Under the pieces are notes generated by a model. It did not search any database. It was not told the origin of the DNA and saw only the letters and a program-made list of their open reading frames with translations. Of a stretch of 64,000 nucleotides of DNA, positions 26,442 through 42,043 are shown piece by piece; the stretch's first letter is position 1, and every line of letters starts with the position of its first letter. The translations under genes were made by a program, and so were the position numbers. Origin of the DNA: the human T2T-CHM13v2.0 reference genome, Homo sapiens; the NCBI RefSeq assembly GCF_009914755.1, contig NC_060927.1. One strand, written 5' to 3'.

Positions 26442-27746
26442 AAATATTTTTCTCTAATCACTTTCTCACTTTTTTTTAGTTTTTAATTATACTTTATGTT
26501 GTTTTTTTTTTCATTACTTGTATTACTTTCTTAATTTCTATTTTCTCAACTTGAACTTTCAGGTACAATTTTGATCTTTGTAAGGCCATGCTGCTGTGAT
26601 AAGCTTTCACTTTTTGGTAGGGGTATTATTTATTTTTACCATAACAACTTTATATTAGACTCTACTGTAATCTTTTCTTCTTGAGTACTTTTATATGAAA
26701 TGAGTTCTTATTTGTTCGGAAGGCAAGAGGGAGTAATAACTTTTTTTCAGTTCATTTTCTCTCTGTTGTTCAGATTGGTTTATTCCTATTGTTCTCTTTT
26801 TAAGTTCACTGATTCTTTTCTCTGTTATATTCATGCTGTATTGAAAGTATCCATTCAGCTTTTAAAAATATTGTATTTTCAGTTCTGAAATGTTCATTTG
26901 GTTCTTTATATTTCCTATTTATTTACTAGACTTTATATTCTTTTCATTTTGGATCTTATTTAAACCTATTTAGCAGGCTGCTTTTGCTACTGTGTCAGCA
27001 GGATATGTGGGAGCACCTCTTTGTTACTCCCACATGGGAGTAAGAGTCAAGGTTCCCCACTCAGCTTCTATTGATTTCCAAGGGAGGGAAGGGTGCCTCA
27101 ATTCCACTGTGCAGAGGTGAGAGTTCAAGCTCCCCACTCACAACTCTAGGTAGTAGGGGTAGGATGACCTTTTTATTGTTGCCAGGTGAACTTCACTGAC
27201 ACCATAGTGGGAGGGTCTTATTAACCCTGGAAGGTGGTAAAAATCTTGGCTTCCTACTAAGCCTTTTCTGCCACCACCTGAGCAGGAAGGGTGCTCCATT
27301 ATTGCTGGGTGATTTGCAGTCCAGGCTCACCACTGGCCTTTGGTATGGGGGTAAATGTGGAGGCCATATATTTTCCATGATGTTTTTCTGGGATAAAGCA
27401 GTTATTCTGTGTAAGTTTTCTGTCTTGCTAGGCTCCCCCTATCCTGGTCCTTTGGCTAAAAAGAGCAGGCTTCATTGGAGCTTTTTTTGTTTGTCTGGTT
27501 GCACTCACTGGTGTTTCTGGGTTGCTGACTTCTTCAGTACCCAGCTGAGGAATATAAAGTGCAAGAAACTCACTGCCATGTCATTCCTCAAGTCACAGGA
27601 TCCCTAGCCAGTCTATCGTTTTCTCTTCAACTTTGAGAATCTTTTTATGTTTTTTTTTTCATATATAACATGCAGATTTTTTGATAGAGGGAGAAATAGA
27701 AAGAAATGAATGTGCTTCATCTTGTTGAGAACCATATGTTGGAGAA

Positions 27747-27751
<5 letters not shown>

Positions 27752-27798
<47 letters not shown>
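27752..27798. repeat. (TG)n microsatellite
   Basis: About 23 uninterrupted TG units. Confidence 0.98.
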
Positions 27799-27800
<2 letters not shown>

Positions 27801-27949
27801 AGCTTCTTTTCACCTAATTCAAAGTTCCAGAGCCCTTATTTTATTGTTTTCTCAAAGTATCAAAAATATGACCCGTGTTCTTAAATTTCCTAGGTTTTTC
27901 TCTCCCCCATGTTTATTTTTAAATTTTTAACACTTTACATTTTTATTTA

Positions 27950-29185
27950 TTTTAAGTAATTGACTTTATCTTTTAGAGTGGTTTCAGGTTTGCAGAAAAA
28001 TTGAGTGGAAAGTATGGAGAGTTTCCGTATGTCCCTTTCTCCCTCTGACACCCACAGCTGCCCCACCCTCAATATCCCACACTGGTGTGGTACATTTGTT
28101 ATAATCTATGAAACAGCATTCACTTATCATTATCAATGAAGTCCATAGTTTACATTAGGATTCATTCTTTGTGAATGAATATTCACAGAATATATAGTCT
28201 GTGAATTTTGACAAATGTATAATGACATGTGTCCACCATTATAGTATATACAGAATAGTTATATTGGCCTAAAAATCCTCTGTGTTTCTCCTATTTACCC
28301 TTCTATCCCTCCAAACTCTTGGTGACCATTTATCTTTCTACCGTCTTCATAGTATTGTCTTTTCTAGAATGCCATATAGTTGAGATTGTATAGTATTTAG
28401 CCTTTTCAGACTATCTTTTATTTAGTAATATGCATTTACGTCTCTTCCATGTCCTTTTATGGCTTGATTACTCAGTATTTTTGCTACTGAATAATAGTCC
28501 ATTGTCTATACATAGGACAACTTATCTATCCATTCACCTACTGAAGGATATCTTGGTTACTTCCAAGTTTTGGCAGTTATGAATAAAGCTTCTATACACA
28601 TCCATGTGCAACCTTCTATGTGGACCTGTTTTCAGTTCCTTTGGGTAAATACCAAGGACTGCAATTGCTGGACAGTATGCTATGAGTATGTGTGTGTGTG
28701 TGTGTGTTTTTTTAAGAAAATGCTAAACTGTCTTCCAAAGTGGCTGTATTATTTTGCATTCCCAACAGTGTTGCTTCACCTCCCTGCCAGCATTTGGTGT
28801 TACCTGAATTTTGAATTCTAATAGGTGTGTAGTGGTATTTCATTGTTTTAGTTTGTATTTTCCTAAGGACATATGCTTTTGAATATCTTTTTATATGCTT
28901 ATTTGCCATCTTGTATATCTTCTTTGGTAGGGTGTCTGTTCAGATTTTTTGCGCATTTTAAAATCTGGTTATTCATTTTCTTATTGTAACGTTTGAAGAG
29001 TTCTTTGTATATTTTGGATATCACTGTCTTATCAGATATATGTTTTGCAAATATTTTCTCCCACTCTGTGGCTTGTCATCTTATTCTTTTGACAGTGACT
29101 TTGCAGAGCAGGTATTTTTTTATTTTAATGAACTCTGCTTTATCATTTTTTTCTGTCATGGTTGGTGCCTTTGATGTTATATCCC
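27950..29185 (-). mobile_element. L1MC-type 3' end
   Basis: gcagaaaaattgagtggaaagtatggagagtttcc 3' UTR hallmark; minus [11 protein letters not shown]...MKYHYTPIR (ORF2 C-terminus). Confidence 0.8.
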
Positions 29186-29283
29186 CACTTTTATTTGTAT
29201 CTTCTTTTTCCTTTGTTTCTTATTGATCCTGTCCTCTTCAGTTTAGATTTTGCTCCCAGCAGTTTCTCATCCTGTGAGCTATC

Positions 29284-29586
<303 letters not shown>

Positions 29587-30148
29587 CCTGTGAGCTTTTA
29601 TCCTGAAACGGATCTTGGTTGTTTGCTTCATAGGGCCCACACTTTTCCAACACTTGCAGATTTTGTTGCAATCCACCTCACAGTTTTGGCTGCTGTTCTT
29701 AGTTCAACTTGCTGCACTTTCCAGTAAATGCTTCTTGCAAGTTTGAAGTCCTCATTCCTCCTCCTCCCACCCTCCTTCCTCTCAAATAGATGCTAATATT
29801 ATATGGATCATATAATTTTTAGTAGTTTGTGCCCATTTGCTCCTATTTTGGTTTTCATGTGGGTAGCTTACCACTTAGTTTCATCATAGGTGGTGTGTGT
29901 CAGGTTTGGTTTTGCTATTATAGTTGCCCTACCTGTATTTATGGGGAAATTTCAGGATATTCTAAAACTATACCACCATTGCTGCTATCTTTCCAGAATT
30001 CCTTACTATTTTACATTGTGTTTTTCAACCTAACATTCTTAAAGCTGTATATTCTGGCTCACTACCTTGTTTTCATTCATGTTCAACTATTCTCCATGAA
30101 GAAAATAGGATGTTGGCTTTCATAGAGAGACTGTGGTGGTCTTATTCC

Positions 30149-30149
<1 letters not shown>

Positions 30150-30190
<41 letters not shown>
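30150..30190. repeat. (CA)n microsatellite
   Basis: About 20 CA units. Confidence 0.98.
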
Positions 30191-30193
<3 letters not shown>

Positions 30194-30235
30194 CCTTTAA
30201 ATCAATACCTAGATGTATGTTCTTGCTCTATCACT

Positions 30236-30630
30236 TATGGTTATGGACTGAATTCTGTTCTCTCGAAATACATATGTTGGAGTCCAACCCTCAGTGCCTC
30301 AGAATGTGACCATATTTGCAGATATGATTCTTAAAGAGGTAATTAAGTGAAAATGAGATCAAAAGTAAGAAGGGCCCTAATCCAATATGACTGGCATCCT
30401 TATAAGAAGAGGAGATTAGAACACAGACGTGCACAGAAGAAAGACCATGTGAGGACATAGCAAGAAGGTGGGCATCTATAAGCCAAGGAGAGGGGCCTCA
30501 GAAGAAACCAAACATGTCAATGTATTGATCTTATATGTTAATCCCCCACAACTATGAAAAAATAAATCTCTATTGTTTAAGCCACCCAGTCTGTGGTATT
30601 TTGTTATGGTAGCCCTAGCAAACCAATGTG
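30236..30630 (+). mobile_element. MLT1 (B/C-like) solo LTR
   Basis: ttatggactgaatt...cctcagaatgtgacc...gtttaagccacccagtctgtggtattttgttatggtagccctagcaaac. Confidence 0.85.
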
Positions 30631-31748
30631 CTTACTGTCTTTGCACGTATGGGAAATCAGGGAAAATGTGGCCTTTGTTACTGAGGGCTTTTCTGAAGAT
30701 CAAATGTGATAATGTTGTTTAAAAATTATATTGTTAATTAGCTTCCATGTGATAATTAGGAGGGACATCAAGAGGCAATAGATATGTAAGAAAAAATATT
30801 TTAAAAGACATGAATATGAACACTTATTTTATGAGAACTTATGAAGGTATTTGTAGTCCCACATAATTTTTCTTGTCTCTAATTAACATTTTGGAAGCAC
30901 AGTATTTGTATTCTCTAATGAAAATTCTGAAGTTTTAATTCTAACTCAAAAAATTGATTTTTTTGTCACTATGTCTGAAATGCTGTGTTAGAAATTTGAT
31001 TAAAAATTTTCTTTTGCAGTGTTGTGCTAGTCGCTGAGGCTTAAGACTTAAAAATGAAACATGTTTTACCCCAGTACCTCAATTATCTCTAATCTATGAT
31101 TAGGGACATCAAAATGCCCAAAAAATAAGCTGTATCTACCTTCTTATTTACTGGAGAGTAGAATGCATCTGGCTAATTTGTCACATATATTCCTCTTTAT
31201 AAACTAAGTTGAGCACACACCTAAAATACAGATTAAGAAACTCAAATATACTTATATTGCTTATTCAGTAACACAAATATATAGAAAGATAATAACAGGA
31301 TAAATTACAATAGAAAAATATAAGGATAGCATTAACCAACTAGAAACAAATATTAGATCTTAATTAAGCAAAGCCATAGATGTTGAAGCTCCAAGTGGAA
31401 AGATTAGCTGCTGGCCTCAGAGATACCTAGTGGTGTAGCATTATCTGTGTCAATTCTCTTTAGCCCATGGCCTTACATGTAGCTTCTAAGGCTCAGAAAC
31501 TCAATCTTGTCAACATTTCAGAGTTATTCTTTCTCAAAAAAGTTGACTCTCTATAATAAAGCTAACTAGAAACTGATACAGAATCTAGAACTGCTTTATA
31601 TCTATATAATAAAAACAAATAATTGTCAAGAGAATAGCACTTTCTTTTCCTATGTGCAGACTCCAGGAATAATCAAATTATAACAGTTATATCTACTTCT
31701 ACATTCTGGCACAGCATATATTTATGTACTTATAAAAATATACATGTA

Positions 31749-32181
<433 letters not shown>

Positions 32182-34527
32182 TCATATGCTATTGTATTTG
32201 GCTAGGAAGAGTCTGGACTCTTTAGAGAAAAAAAATGGTGCATATCTCACTTAATTCAGGAAGATACATTGTCAAGCAGAAACTAGGCTCTGTTATGGTA
32301 ACTACTTCAGGAATGTTTACACAGATATTTGACAAAGCTGTGTCATAAATATGAAAATTAATTTATAGAAAATATGTTTGCATTATATTGTAGTCCAGTT
32401 TGGTAATAAAATATGGCTTTAAGTTAACAAAGCAATCAAGTGATACTTTTTAGACACAGTATATAAATTGATAAATTGAGATTTCTACTGGATCCTTTCA
32501 GTATTATAAAGTATTAATTGATTACTTTTCATTTGCATTATTTTGCATATCAATTAATATACTAATAATATGTGTATCTGAAAGGAAAACTTCCCTTTTC
32601 CATCAGCCCCTGCAATTAGGTACAGTCCAGAGATTTCTTGGCAAATATAATATTTAGTCATGATTCCAACTCATCCATTTTGTTTCCAACAGTTTAGGGA
32701 AAAGCCCCAAGTAAAGTTTGCTCTCCACTTATACATCCAAACCACTATTTAAACATGAACTCATGTATTTCTAATTGGCTACATGGCAACTGAAACCATG
32801 ATTAAACTTCAGCTTCTATGGGGGCAATAATTGTCTTATTAAAGATCATTTCTACTGGATAACAAATATGTAAGACATGAGTTTCTTCCTGATACATTTG
32901 CATTCCCTTGAGCCTACTTGTCCTGCCAAAATTTGCCCTTTCCTCCGATGGATTTCAATGACTGGTATCTATCTGATTTTGTTGCATTTGTGCATTTTAC
33001 TTCTCACCACCCACAGATTCCAAAATTGATCGTATACTTTTCTTGTAATTCTGATAAGTTACCATTGGGTTGCCCACTCCTCTCCCTTTCATCATTAAAT
33101 CTCCTGATAATGCTTCAGAATTTCTCATCCGAGTAAAAGGAAAAATAGAGAAATGGAAGTGCACAATGCATTATCATGGTTGACAGTGTCTGAACTCAGA
33201 ATGAGGTCAGTGTAAGGGCAAAAAGTGGACATCAGCTTTCTTCAAACACCTCAAGTCTGAAAAGATGATGAATGTAGGAGATGAGGAGAAGTAATCATGT
33301 TTTCTACATCTATTGTCTCTGCTCAGCTTTTCCTTTAGTTTAGCACATTCATTTTTAACTGTGATGTACAGACTGAGTCAGAGAATTTCCCTCTGCCTCA
33401 TGAAGAAATACTGAAATGCCCCATTTATTTGGCCATGTGACAATATCTTTCACAATTTGTCTTTAGATCGGCATGCAAGATTTTCTATAATTTAATATGT
33501 TTAAATATGAACAGAAGCTTTCTCTTTCATTAGCATCCAATTCTTTTTGAGGGTCGTCTCTGTTTTTATTTATAAAGTAATAATTTAAAATGAATACTCT
33601 TGGGCCCAACAGAGATGTGATTTATCAAAGACTATCAAAATAGCCATTCATGTTATACATAATAACTGCAAAATACTTCCCACTTTTATGACTTAAGTGT
33701 GAGAAATCTTGAGACTATTTTATGCTGAATGGAGTAGGTGTTACTTTTAATTTGATATTGCTTGACAATAATCCTTTTAGAAATTTTAAATCACCAACTA
33801 TTAAATATAAACCCCTTACATTTTACAGTTTTAACACTGTAATGTAACAATTATGGATTGGTTGCTTTTAAAATAGATGTTAATTAGCTTGAAAGACCCA
33901 TTGTTTCTAAATTTCTGTTAAGTTGGGGTCTCCATTGCTGCTGCCATGGAGTCTCCATTTCTGCTTCTTAGTGAGGTCTTCTTTCTAGTGGGTTCCTTCA
34001 GTAATGTAAATTTCCAATGTAAGTTTACAAGGTAAACTCCACTCAAGTTTGCTCTTAAGGACAGCCTAATAACAGTCGCCAAACAATGAGATACTGTGGT
34101 GTGTGAACCTGATAATAACCAGAGAGTCTTCTTCATTGAGGTCCTGACGCTACAATTGACTTTCTGTTATCACTTAGAGTTCTTTTAACGTATTAGGCTT
34201 CTTTGGGTTCCAGATAGTTGGAAACAATGTGTAATGCTCTAGACCTTCTTCTTCTAAAACCTATGACTGCCAGGTAGTCCTCTACCTGTGCTTTCCCTAA
34301 CTCAGAGGCACAAGAGCCATAGGACTCTGCTCAGCCTCTGGGGAGCAACTGAACATCTACTTCATTCTCACATTCCACCATCTCTGTTGACCGTGCACCC
34401 ATGTCACCACATCCTGGCAGTAGAGTTGGGACTCATCAACTTCCTAGAATCCGAATTTTTATGTCACTAATACCAGGCATGAAATATTTTTATTAGTTTA
34501 CATTGTTCTGTTAATTATGATCAGTAA

Positions 34528-36910
34528 TGACACAATTTGGCTCTGTAACCCACCTGAATCTCATCTTGAATTGTAATCCAAACTGTAGTCTCCACGTGTT
34601 GGGGGCAGGACCTTGTGGGAGGTAATTAGAACATGGGAGCAATTCCCCCATGCTGTTCTCATGATACTGAGTCAGATCTCATGAGATCCAATGGTTTTAT
34701 AAGGGACTTTTCCCCCTTCACTTGGCACTATTCTCACTTCTCTCTCCTGCTGTCATGTGAAGAAGGATGTGTTTGCTTCCCCTTTTGTCATGATTTTAAG
34801 TTTCCTGAGGCCTCCCCAACCATGTGGAACTGGGGAGTCAATTTAACCTCTTTCCTTTATAAATTACCCAGTCTTGGGTATTTCTTCATAGCAGCATGAC
34901 AACAGACTAATACAGGAAATTGGTACCACACAGAGTGGGCTGCTGCTATAAGGATACCCAAAAATGTGGAAGCAACTTTGGAACTAGGTAGCAGGCTGAG
35001 ATTGGAATAGTTTGGAGGGCTCGATACAAGACAGAAAGATGTGGGAAAGTTTGGAACTTCCTAGAGACTTGTTGAATGACTTTGACCAAAATGCTGATAG
35101 TGATATGGACGATGAAGTCCAGGCTGAGGTGGTCTCAGATGAAAATGAGGAACTTCTTGGGACCTGGAATAAAGGTGACTCTTACTATGCCTTAGCAAAA
35201 AGACTGGCAGCATTTTACCCTTGCCCTAGAGATTCTGTGGAACTTTGAACTTGAGAGAGATGATTTAGGGTATCTGGTGGAAGAAATTTTAAGCAGCAAT
35301 GTGATCAAGAAGTGACTTGGGTGCTCTAAAAAGCATTCAGTTTTATGTATTCATTCACAAAGATATGGTTTGGAATTGGAATTTATGTTTAAAAGGGAAG
35401 TAGAGCATAAAAGTTTGGAAAATTAGCAGCCTGATGATGTGATAGAAAAGAAAAACCCATTTTCTGAGAAGAAATTCAAGCCAGCTGCAGAAATTTGCAT
35501 AGTAACAAGAAGCCAAATGTTAATCACCAAGACAATGGGGAAAATGTCTCCAGGGCATATCAGAGGTCTTCATGGTAGCCCTTCACTTCACAGGCCCACA
35601 GGCCTAGGAGGAAATAATGGTTTCACGGGCCGGGCCCAGTGCCTTGCTGCTTTGTGTAGTCGTGGGACTTGGTGCCCTGTGTCCCAGCCATGGCTAAAAG
35701 GGGTCAAATGCAGCTCAGACTGTTGCTTCAAAGGGTACAAGCCCCAAGCCTTGGCAGCTTACACATGGTGTTGGGCCTGCAGGTACATAGAAATAAAGAA
35801 TTGAAGTTTCAGAACCTCCACCTAGATTTCAGAGGATGTATGGAAATGCCTGGATGTCCAGGCAGAAGTTTGCTTCAAGGACAGAGCCCTCATGGAGAAC
35901 CTCTGCTAGGAGAGTGCAGAAGGGAAATGTGGGGTTGGAGCCCCCACACAGAGTCCCCACTGAGGCACTGCCTAGTGGAGCTGTGAGAAGAGGGCCATCT
36001 TCTTCCAGACTCAAGAATGGTAGATCCACTGACAGCTTGCACCGTGCAACTGGAAAAGCCACAGACACTCAATGCCAGCCTGTTAAAGCAACTGGGAGTG
36101 GGACTGTACCTTGCACAGCCACAGGGGTGGAGCTGCCCAAGGCTGTGGGAGCCCACCTCTTGCATCAGCGTGACCTGGATGTGAGACATGGAGTCAAAGG
36201 AGATAATTTCAAAGCTTTATGATTTGGCTGCCCCACTGGATTATGGACTTACATGGGGCCTGAGGCCCCTTCGTTTTGGCCAATTTCTTATTTGGAATGA
36301 GTGTATTTACACAATGCCTTGTACTCACATGGTATCTAAGAATTAACTAACTTGCTTTTGATTTCACAGGCTTATAGACAGAAGGGACTTGCCTTGTCTC
36401 AGATGAGACTTTGGACTTGGAATTTTGGGTTAAGCTGGAATGAGTTAAGACTTTGGAGGACTGTTGGAAGGGCATGATTGTGTTTTGTAATGTGAGGACA
36501 TGAGATTTGTGAGGGGCCCGTGGCAGAATGATATGGTTTGGCTCTGTGTCCCCACCCAAATCTCATCTTGAATTGTAATCTGAATTGTAATTTCCACAGG
36601 TTGGGGGTGGGACCTTGTGGGAGGTGATTAGATCATGGGGCAGTTCCCCTATGCTCTTCTCATAATAGTGAGTTCTCATGAGATTTGATGGTTTTATAAG
36701 GAGCTTTCCCCCCTTCACTCAGCACTTCTTTCACTTCTCTCTCCTGCTGCCATGTGAAGAAGGACATGTTTGCTACCCCTTCTGCCATGATTGTAAGTTT
36801 CCTAAGGCCTCCCCAGTCATGTGGAACTGTGAGTTAATTAAATTTCTTTCCTTTATAAATTACCCAGTCACAGGCAGTTCTTTATAGCAGCATGAGAATG
36901 AACTAATACA
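34528..36910 (+). mobile_element. Complete THE1 (THE1D-like) MaLR provirus: 5' LTR 34528-34914, internal 34915-36528, 3' LTR 36529-36910
   Basis: Two TG...CA LTRs (tgatatggtttggctctgtgtccccaccc...actaataca), 1.6 kb internal region, perfect 5-bp TSD agtaa at 34523 and 36911. Confidence 0.93.
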
Positions 36911-37197
36911 AGTAATAACTTTTTTATTTGGTTATGAGTTGCATAGATTTATTTTATAACTTTGATATCAATTGATAATTTAACAGATTAATAACCTACA
37001 GTCCTCAAATTCAAGCAATTTATGGATATTTTATTTTTGTGATTTCAGATTCTTTACAGCATGATATGTATACTTTCTTTAGATTTTAAAATTATCTAAA
37101 CAATTTAGTTTACAAATAGTTACCTTAATGAAGCAAATATATCTTTGTATCATTTTTTCTCCTCTCAGTTGTACCAAATATCTTATATATATATGAT

Positions 37198-37582
37198 TGT
37201 ATTTGTTTGCTAGGGCTGCCATAACAAAATGTCACAGACTGGGTGGCTTAAACAACAGAAATTTATTTTCTCAGTTCTGGAGGCTAGAAATCCTGAGATT
37301 AAAGTGTCTGCAGGATTAATTTTTTTTTTAAGACCCTCTTCTTGGCTTGCAGATGGCTATTTTCTTGCTGTGCCCTATCATGGTCTTCCTTCTGTGCATG
37401 TCTGTCTTCATTTCTTCTCCTTATAAGGAGACCAGTCATACTGGATTAGGGCCTACCCTAATGAACTCATTTTAACGTCACTACCTTTTTTAAGGCTCTC
37501 TGTTCAAATATGACCACATCTGAAGCTAGGACTTCAGCATACAAATTTGAGGGTGTGAGGAGGACAAAATTCAGCCCATAAT
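37198..37582 (-). mobile_element. MLT1 (B/C-like) solo LTR
   Basis: tgctagggctgccataacaaaatgtcacagactgggtggcttaaacaacag...aattcagcccataa. Confidence 0.85.
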
Positions 37583-37707
37583 GATGTCACTTTACAATTT
37601 TTTAATTTGCCAAAAACCAAAAATGTGTAAAGTATATGTTTGTTTGAACTTTATAACAACACAGTGAGGAACCAGTTACTATGAGGTCTAGATACGTGCT
37701 TGGTGCC

Positions 37708-38087
37708 TGTATTAGTTTGTTCTCACACTGCTAATAAAGACATACTTGAGACTGGGTAATTTATAAAGAAAAGAGGTTTAATTGACTCACAGTTCAGCAT
37801 GGCTGGGGAGGCCTCCAGGAACTTAGAATCATGGTGGAAGGGGAAGCAAACACATCCTTCTTCACATGGTGGCAGCAAGGAGAAGTGCTGAGCAAAGAGG
37901 GAAAAGCCCCTTATAAAAGCATCAGATCTCATGAGAACTCACTCACTATCACAAGAACAGCAGCATTGGGGTAACCACCCTCATGACTCAATTACCTCCC
38001 ACCAGGTCCCTCCTACAACATGTGGGGATTATGGGAATTACAATTCAAGATGAGATTTGGGTGGGGACACAAAGCCTAACCATATCA
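37708..38087 (-). mobile_element. THE1 solo LTR
   Basis: tgtattagt...aaccatatca termini; TSD gtgcc / gtgcg. Confidence 0.9.
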
Positions 38088-39009
38088 GTGCGTCTTGTCT
38101 GGTTTATGGCAAAACCAGAGAAAAATGTTGCTGGTCAAGAGACTTGAGCATGTGTTGGCCTTTGCTGTACCACTAGGAAATGTTGGAAAAATCTAAGCAT
38201 TCTGTGTCTCAGATCACTGAACTATAACATGTGGGGGCATACGAAAGGTAGAGGGGTACAGGATTTGGGATTATGCACATCATTGTCTAAATGGGACTTT
38301 ACAGTGCTGCAAAGTGAAGTAACACTTGACAGCTGTACAGATTTTTGAATGGTTTGGTATATTAGATATGCATATTTTATATCTTGATCTGTAAAACTCG
38401 ATCATATTTCTACTGTACATTCCTTAATCATAGCTTACTGACCTTATTTGCTGTCTTCCCTTCCTGCTTTATTCTCTGAATAGTAGGTCAGAGTGTAGAA
38501 TGATTGGTTAATTTTTTAACACTTAGTTGATATATAAGTGCAATTTTGCCATGGATGGTTTTAGCCTAATAATTTACATTGTGCTTTTAAATACAAGATG
38601 ATAATTTTGATTTTAGAGTTGTAGTTTTTAAAATAAAAAGTCAATTTTTTGATACATTAATACTAAGTATTTAAGAAATTGTAGACTTAATATATATGTA
38701 AGATAAATAAAATATCTAGCTATAGTTACAATGTATTATCTGAATGAAAAAAATAGATATTACTGAGACGAACTCATCTGTATCTTTTTCAGTTTTATTT
38801 CACTGAAAGCACACCATCATTCTATCCCTGGTCTTGATACAGTAGCAATCCTTATTGATCAAATATCAGATAAGAAAGGCCTTTTGTTATTTTAGTAACT
38901 TTACTCTTTTGACTATGGTATCAGATAATCCTCATCAAATTGATTTTATCATAGAGCTAGAGAAAACCAGAGATCATATGGTTGCCCCACTTCAATAAGC
39001 AAAGCATAT

Positions 39010-39013
<4 letters not shown>

Positions 39014-39047
<34 letters not shown>

Positions 39048-39048
39048 A
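39014..39048. repeat. (CA)n microsatellite
   Basis: AC run with one interruption. Confidence 0.9.
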
Positions 39049-39355
39049 TACTCCCTACACTATACACCACACATACTTTGGTACTCTTTATCAAATGGTT
39101 GTGTAGGCTCTTAACCAGCAAGGAAATGTAATTTATGAGGCTGAATATTCCATCTTTGGGCTAATTATTCTTAAGTCCTTTTCTTTTTTTCCTTTCTTGA
39201 GTTGAATATAGCCTCCCTGTGGTTTCCCTCCCTTTGGTACTGATCCCGCTTCTGAGCCATGACTGTGATCTAATCTAGTGGAAAACATTTGGGTTTTGGC
39301 ATTAGAAAGTCCTTTTTCAAACCATGTTTTCACCTTTTATTAACAGTCTTCTTAA

Positions 39356-39729
<374 letters not shown>

Positions 39730-41034
39730 TCATCAGGTTGGTGGGAGGATCAAATTGATAATCAAAGCCTCAAAGGAGTGCTGGGAACACTGACATCATT
39801 AACTTGCCTCAGTAAGTTGCCTCTTCCAATTCCACCCCAGTTTTTTTTTTTTTTTTGACCACTTTTAAATATCTGTGATATTCCTCCTCAGTTTCTCTTA
39901 TAATACCCTTGAATCAATTTTCATTTTACTGTTTAAAATTACAGAAATTATTTTTAAAATATTGAGCAAATATATTACTTAAAAATTCTAATTTTCTTAG
40001 TGCTAAATTTGTTTTTATTTACATTCACAATCAGGAATTTTTACAGTGATTATGTTCCCATAAATTTTCAGTTTATTTCAAACTTCCTTTTAAACAGAAC
40101 ATGATAAACCAAATAAAATGAATAACTTCTTAGGTGTGGGTTTTCTCACTTCAGAGGTTTTTCAGGACTATTCTCTAATTTCCTGTTCAGACTCCATATA
40201 GAATTATTATTTCAGTTTTTGCTTATCAGGGGTGTTAATGACAGGAGCTCTCTGCTGCATATTATGAAATAGAAAAACCAAATACAACAAAAAAAAGTAG
40301 AATAGAATGGGTAAAAGTGGGAAATGAAGACCAAAGAGAAAAATGAAACATATCAATAAATTTGTAGAGGTTTATGTCATGAAATAACATATCTCTAAAT
40401 GTTTGTTTTTAATAAAGAATAAATTTTATTTTCAATGTTGAAGATTTTTTAACAATGTGGTCACCTGGCAATGCAGCAGATGGAGGAAGGAGACAGGATG
40501 GAACTGCAGAGCTCTATTTCTGCTTTTCCCACAGTAGTTTGACTCCACAGCATTGTCAAAGCCTGAGCTATCAGGATTCCTTTGGCAGACCTGGCTCAGG
40601 AAATACCAGCTCTCTCCCACGCCATCAGAAGCCATGCTTAGTGGGTTAACATTTTGCTAATTAATCATTTGATTTAGAGTTAATTCAGCTCTACATGAAT
40701 TTGAGGAATCTTTTTTTTTCTCTTATCTTTTCTATCATCAGTGCCTAAATATCTCTTATTGTCCCTGGAGATCATTCTTTTGCTTTATAATTCTTTCCTC
40801 ATGTCTTATCTATATCTTAAACTTGTGACCATTTCAAAGCTTTCTATAACTATAAAATACAATTTATTACTTGTATCAAACAAATATCCTACCTTTGAAA
40901 GATATAAGTAGGAATATATGTTTTGTGAAAAGGCATTAAAATTCAAAGGAGGAAGTTAATATGCGATTGATAGACGTGTTGATGTCTACCTTTTTAAAAG
41001 CATCAAAATAATTACAAATATTTTCTTTTGAAAG

Positions 41035-41194
41035 TTGGCCAGGAATACTTTGCCCTGACCGTTTTAAAGGGAAATATGTAACTTATGACCCGGATGGAAA
41101 TGTTGAAGAGTATCACATAGAATTCCTGGGCGATCCCCATTCAAGATCATGGATAAAGGCAACATTCGTTGGACATTATAGTATCACATTAAAG
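41035..41194 (+). CDS. ZCWPW2: ZCWPW2 second coding exon (160 nt): PWWP domain core
   Basis: ttttcttttgaaag acceptor; phase matches the previous exon (AG+T = Ser, giving NWPSWPGILCPDRFKGKYVTYDPDGNVEEYHIEFLGDPHSRSWIKATFVGHYSITLK); donor AAG|gtaggt. Confidence 0.95.
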
Positions 41195-41341
41195 GTAGGT
41201 ATCATAACATCAAAACTTTATTCTTCTTGCACTTATTTTTAGTTATGGTAATTTTTATCTTTGATCATAAAATATGTATAAGTTGCTTTTAGATTGATAT
41301 AATGTATGCTGTTTATTTAATTCAAATATTTGTATTTTTAG

Positions 41342-41710
<369 letters not shown>

Positions 41711-41987
41711 TTAAATTTTATTTTTCTAATGGTAATATAATAAAAATCAACTGAAGACTTTATGTGATTGCCTTTTTAAACTATTTTAAGACTATCATTT
41801 GGTAGTTTTTAAATTCTCTTGAGAAGAGGAGACTCTATGTTATAGCCATAGCTCACAGGAAAACTTAATTATGGATTGCAACCAGTTTTTCAATTTCAAA
41901 TGGAATATTTCATTTATACTAACTCCTTCAGTATCTTTTTGACTCTTTTTAAACTTTAAATCTCACATTATAATTAATAGATAGATT

Positions 41988-42043
41988 ATTAGATTAGTGT
42001 AAAAGTAACTGCGATTTTGCTATTACTTTTGCACCAACCTAAT
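41988..42043. mobile_element. MADE1 (Hsmar1-derived MITE), internally deleted
   Basis: ttagattagtgtaaaagtaactgcg...attacttttgcaccaacctaa terminal inverted repeats with TA flanks. Confidence 0.8.

Noticed and set aside
33918-34136. 72-aa minus-strand ORF in non-repeat-looking sequence
   Set aside because: No family resemblance that I can recognise and no convincing splice signals
35012-36222. Cluster of overlapping ORFs up to 128 aa
   Set aside because: Fragmented THE1 internal region; GC-richer sequence yields chance ORFs
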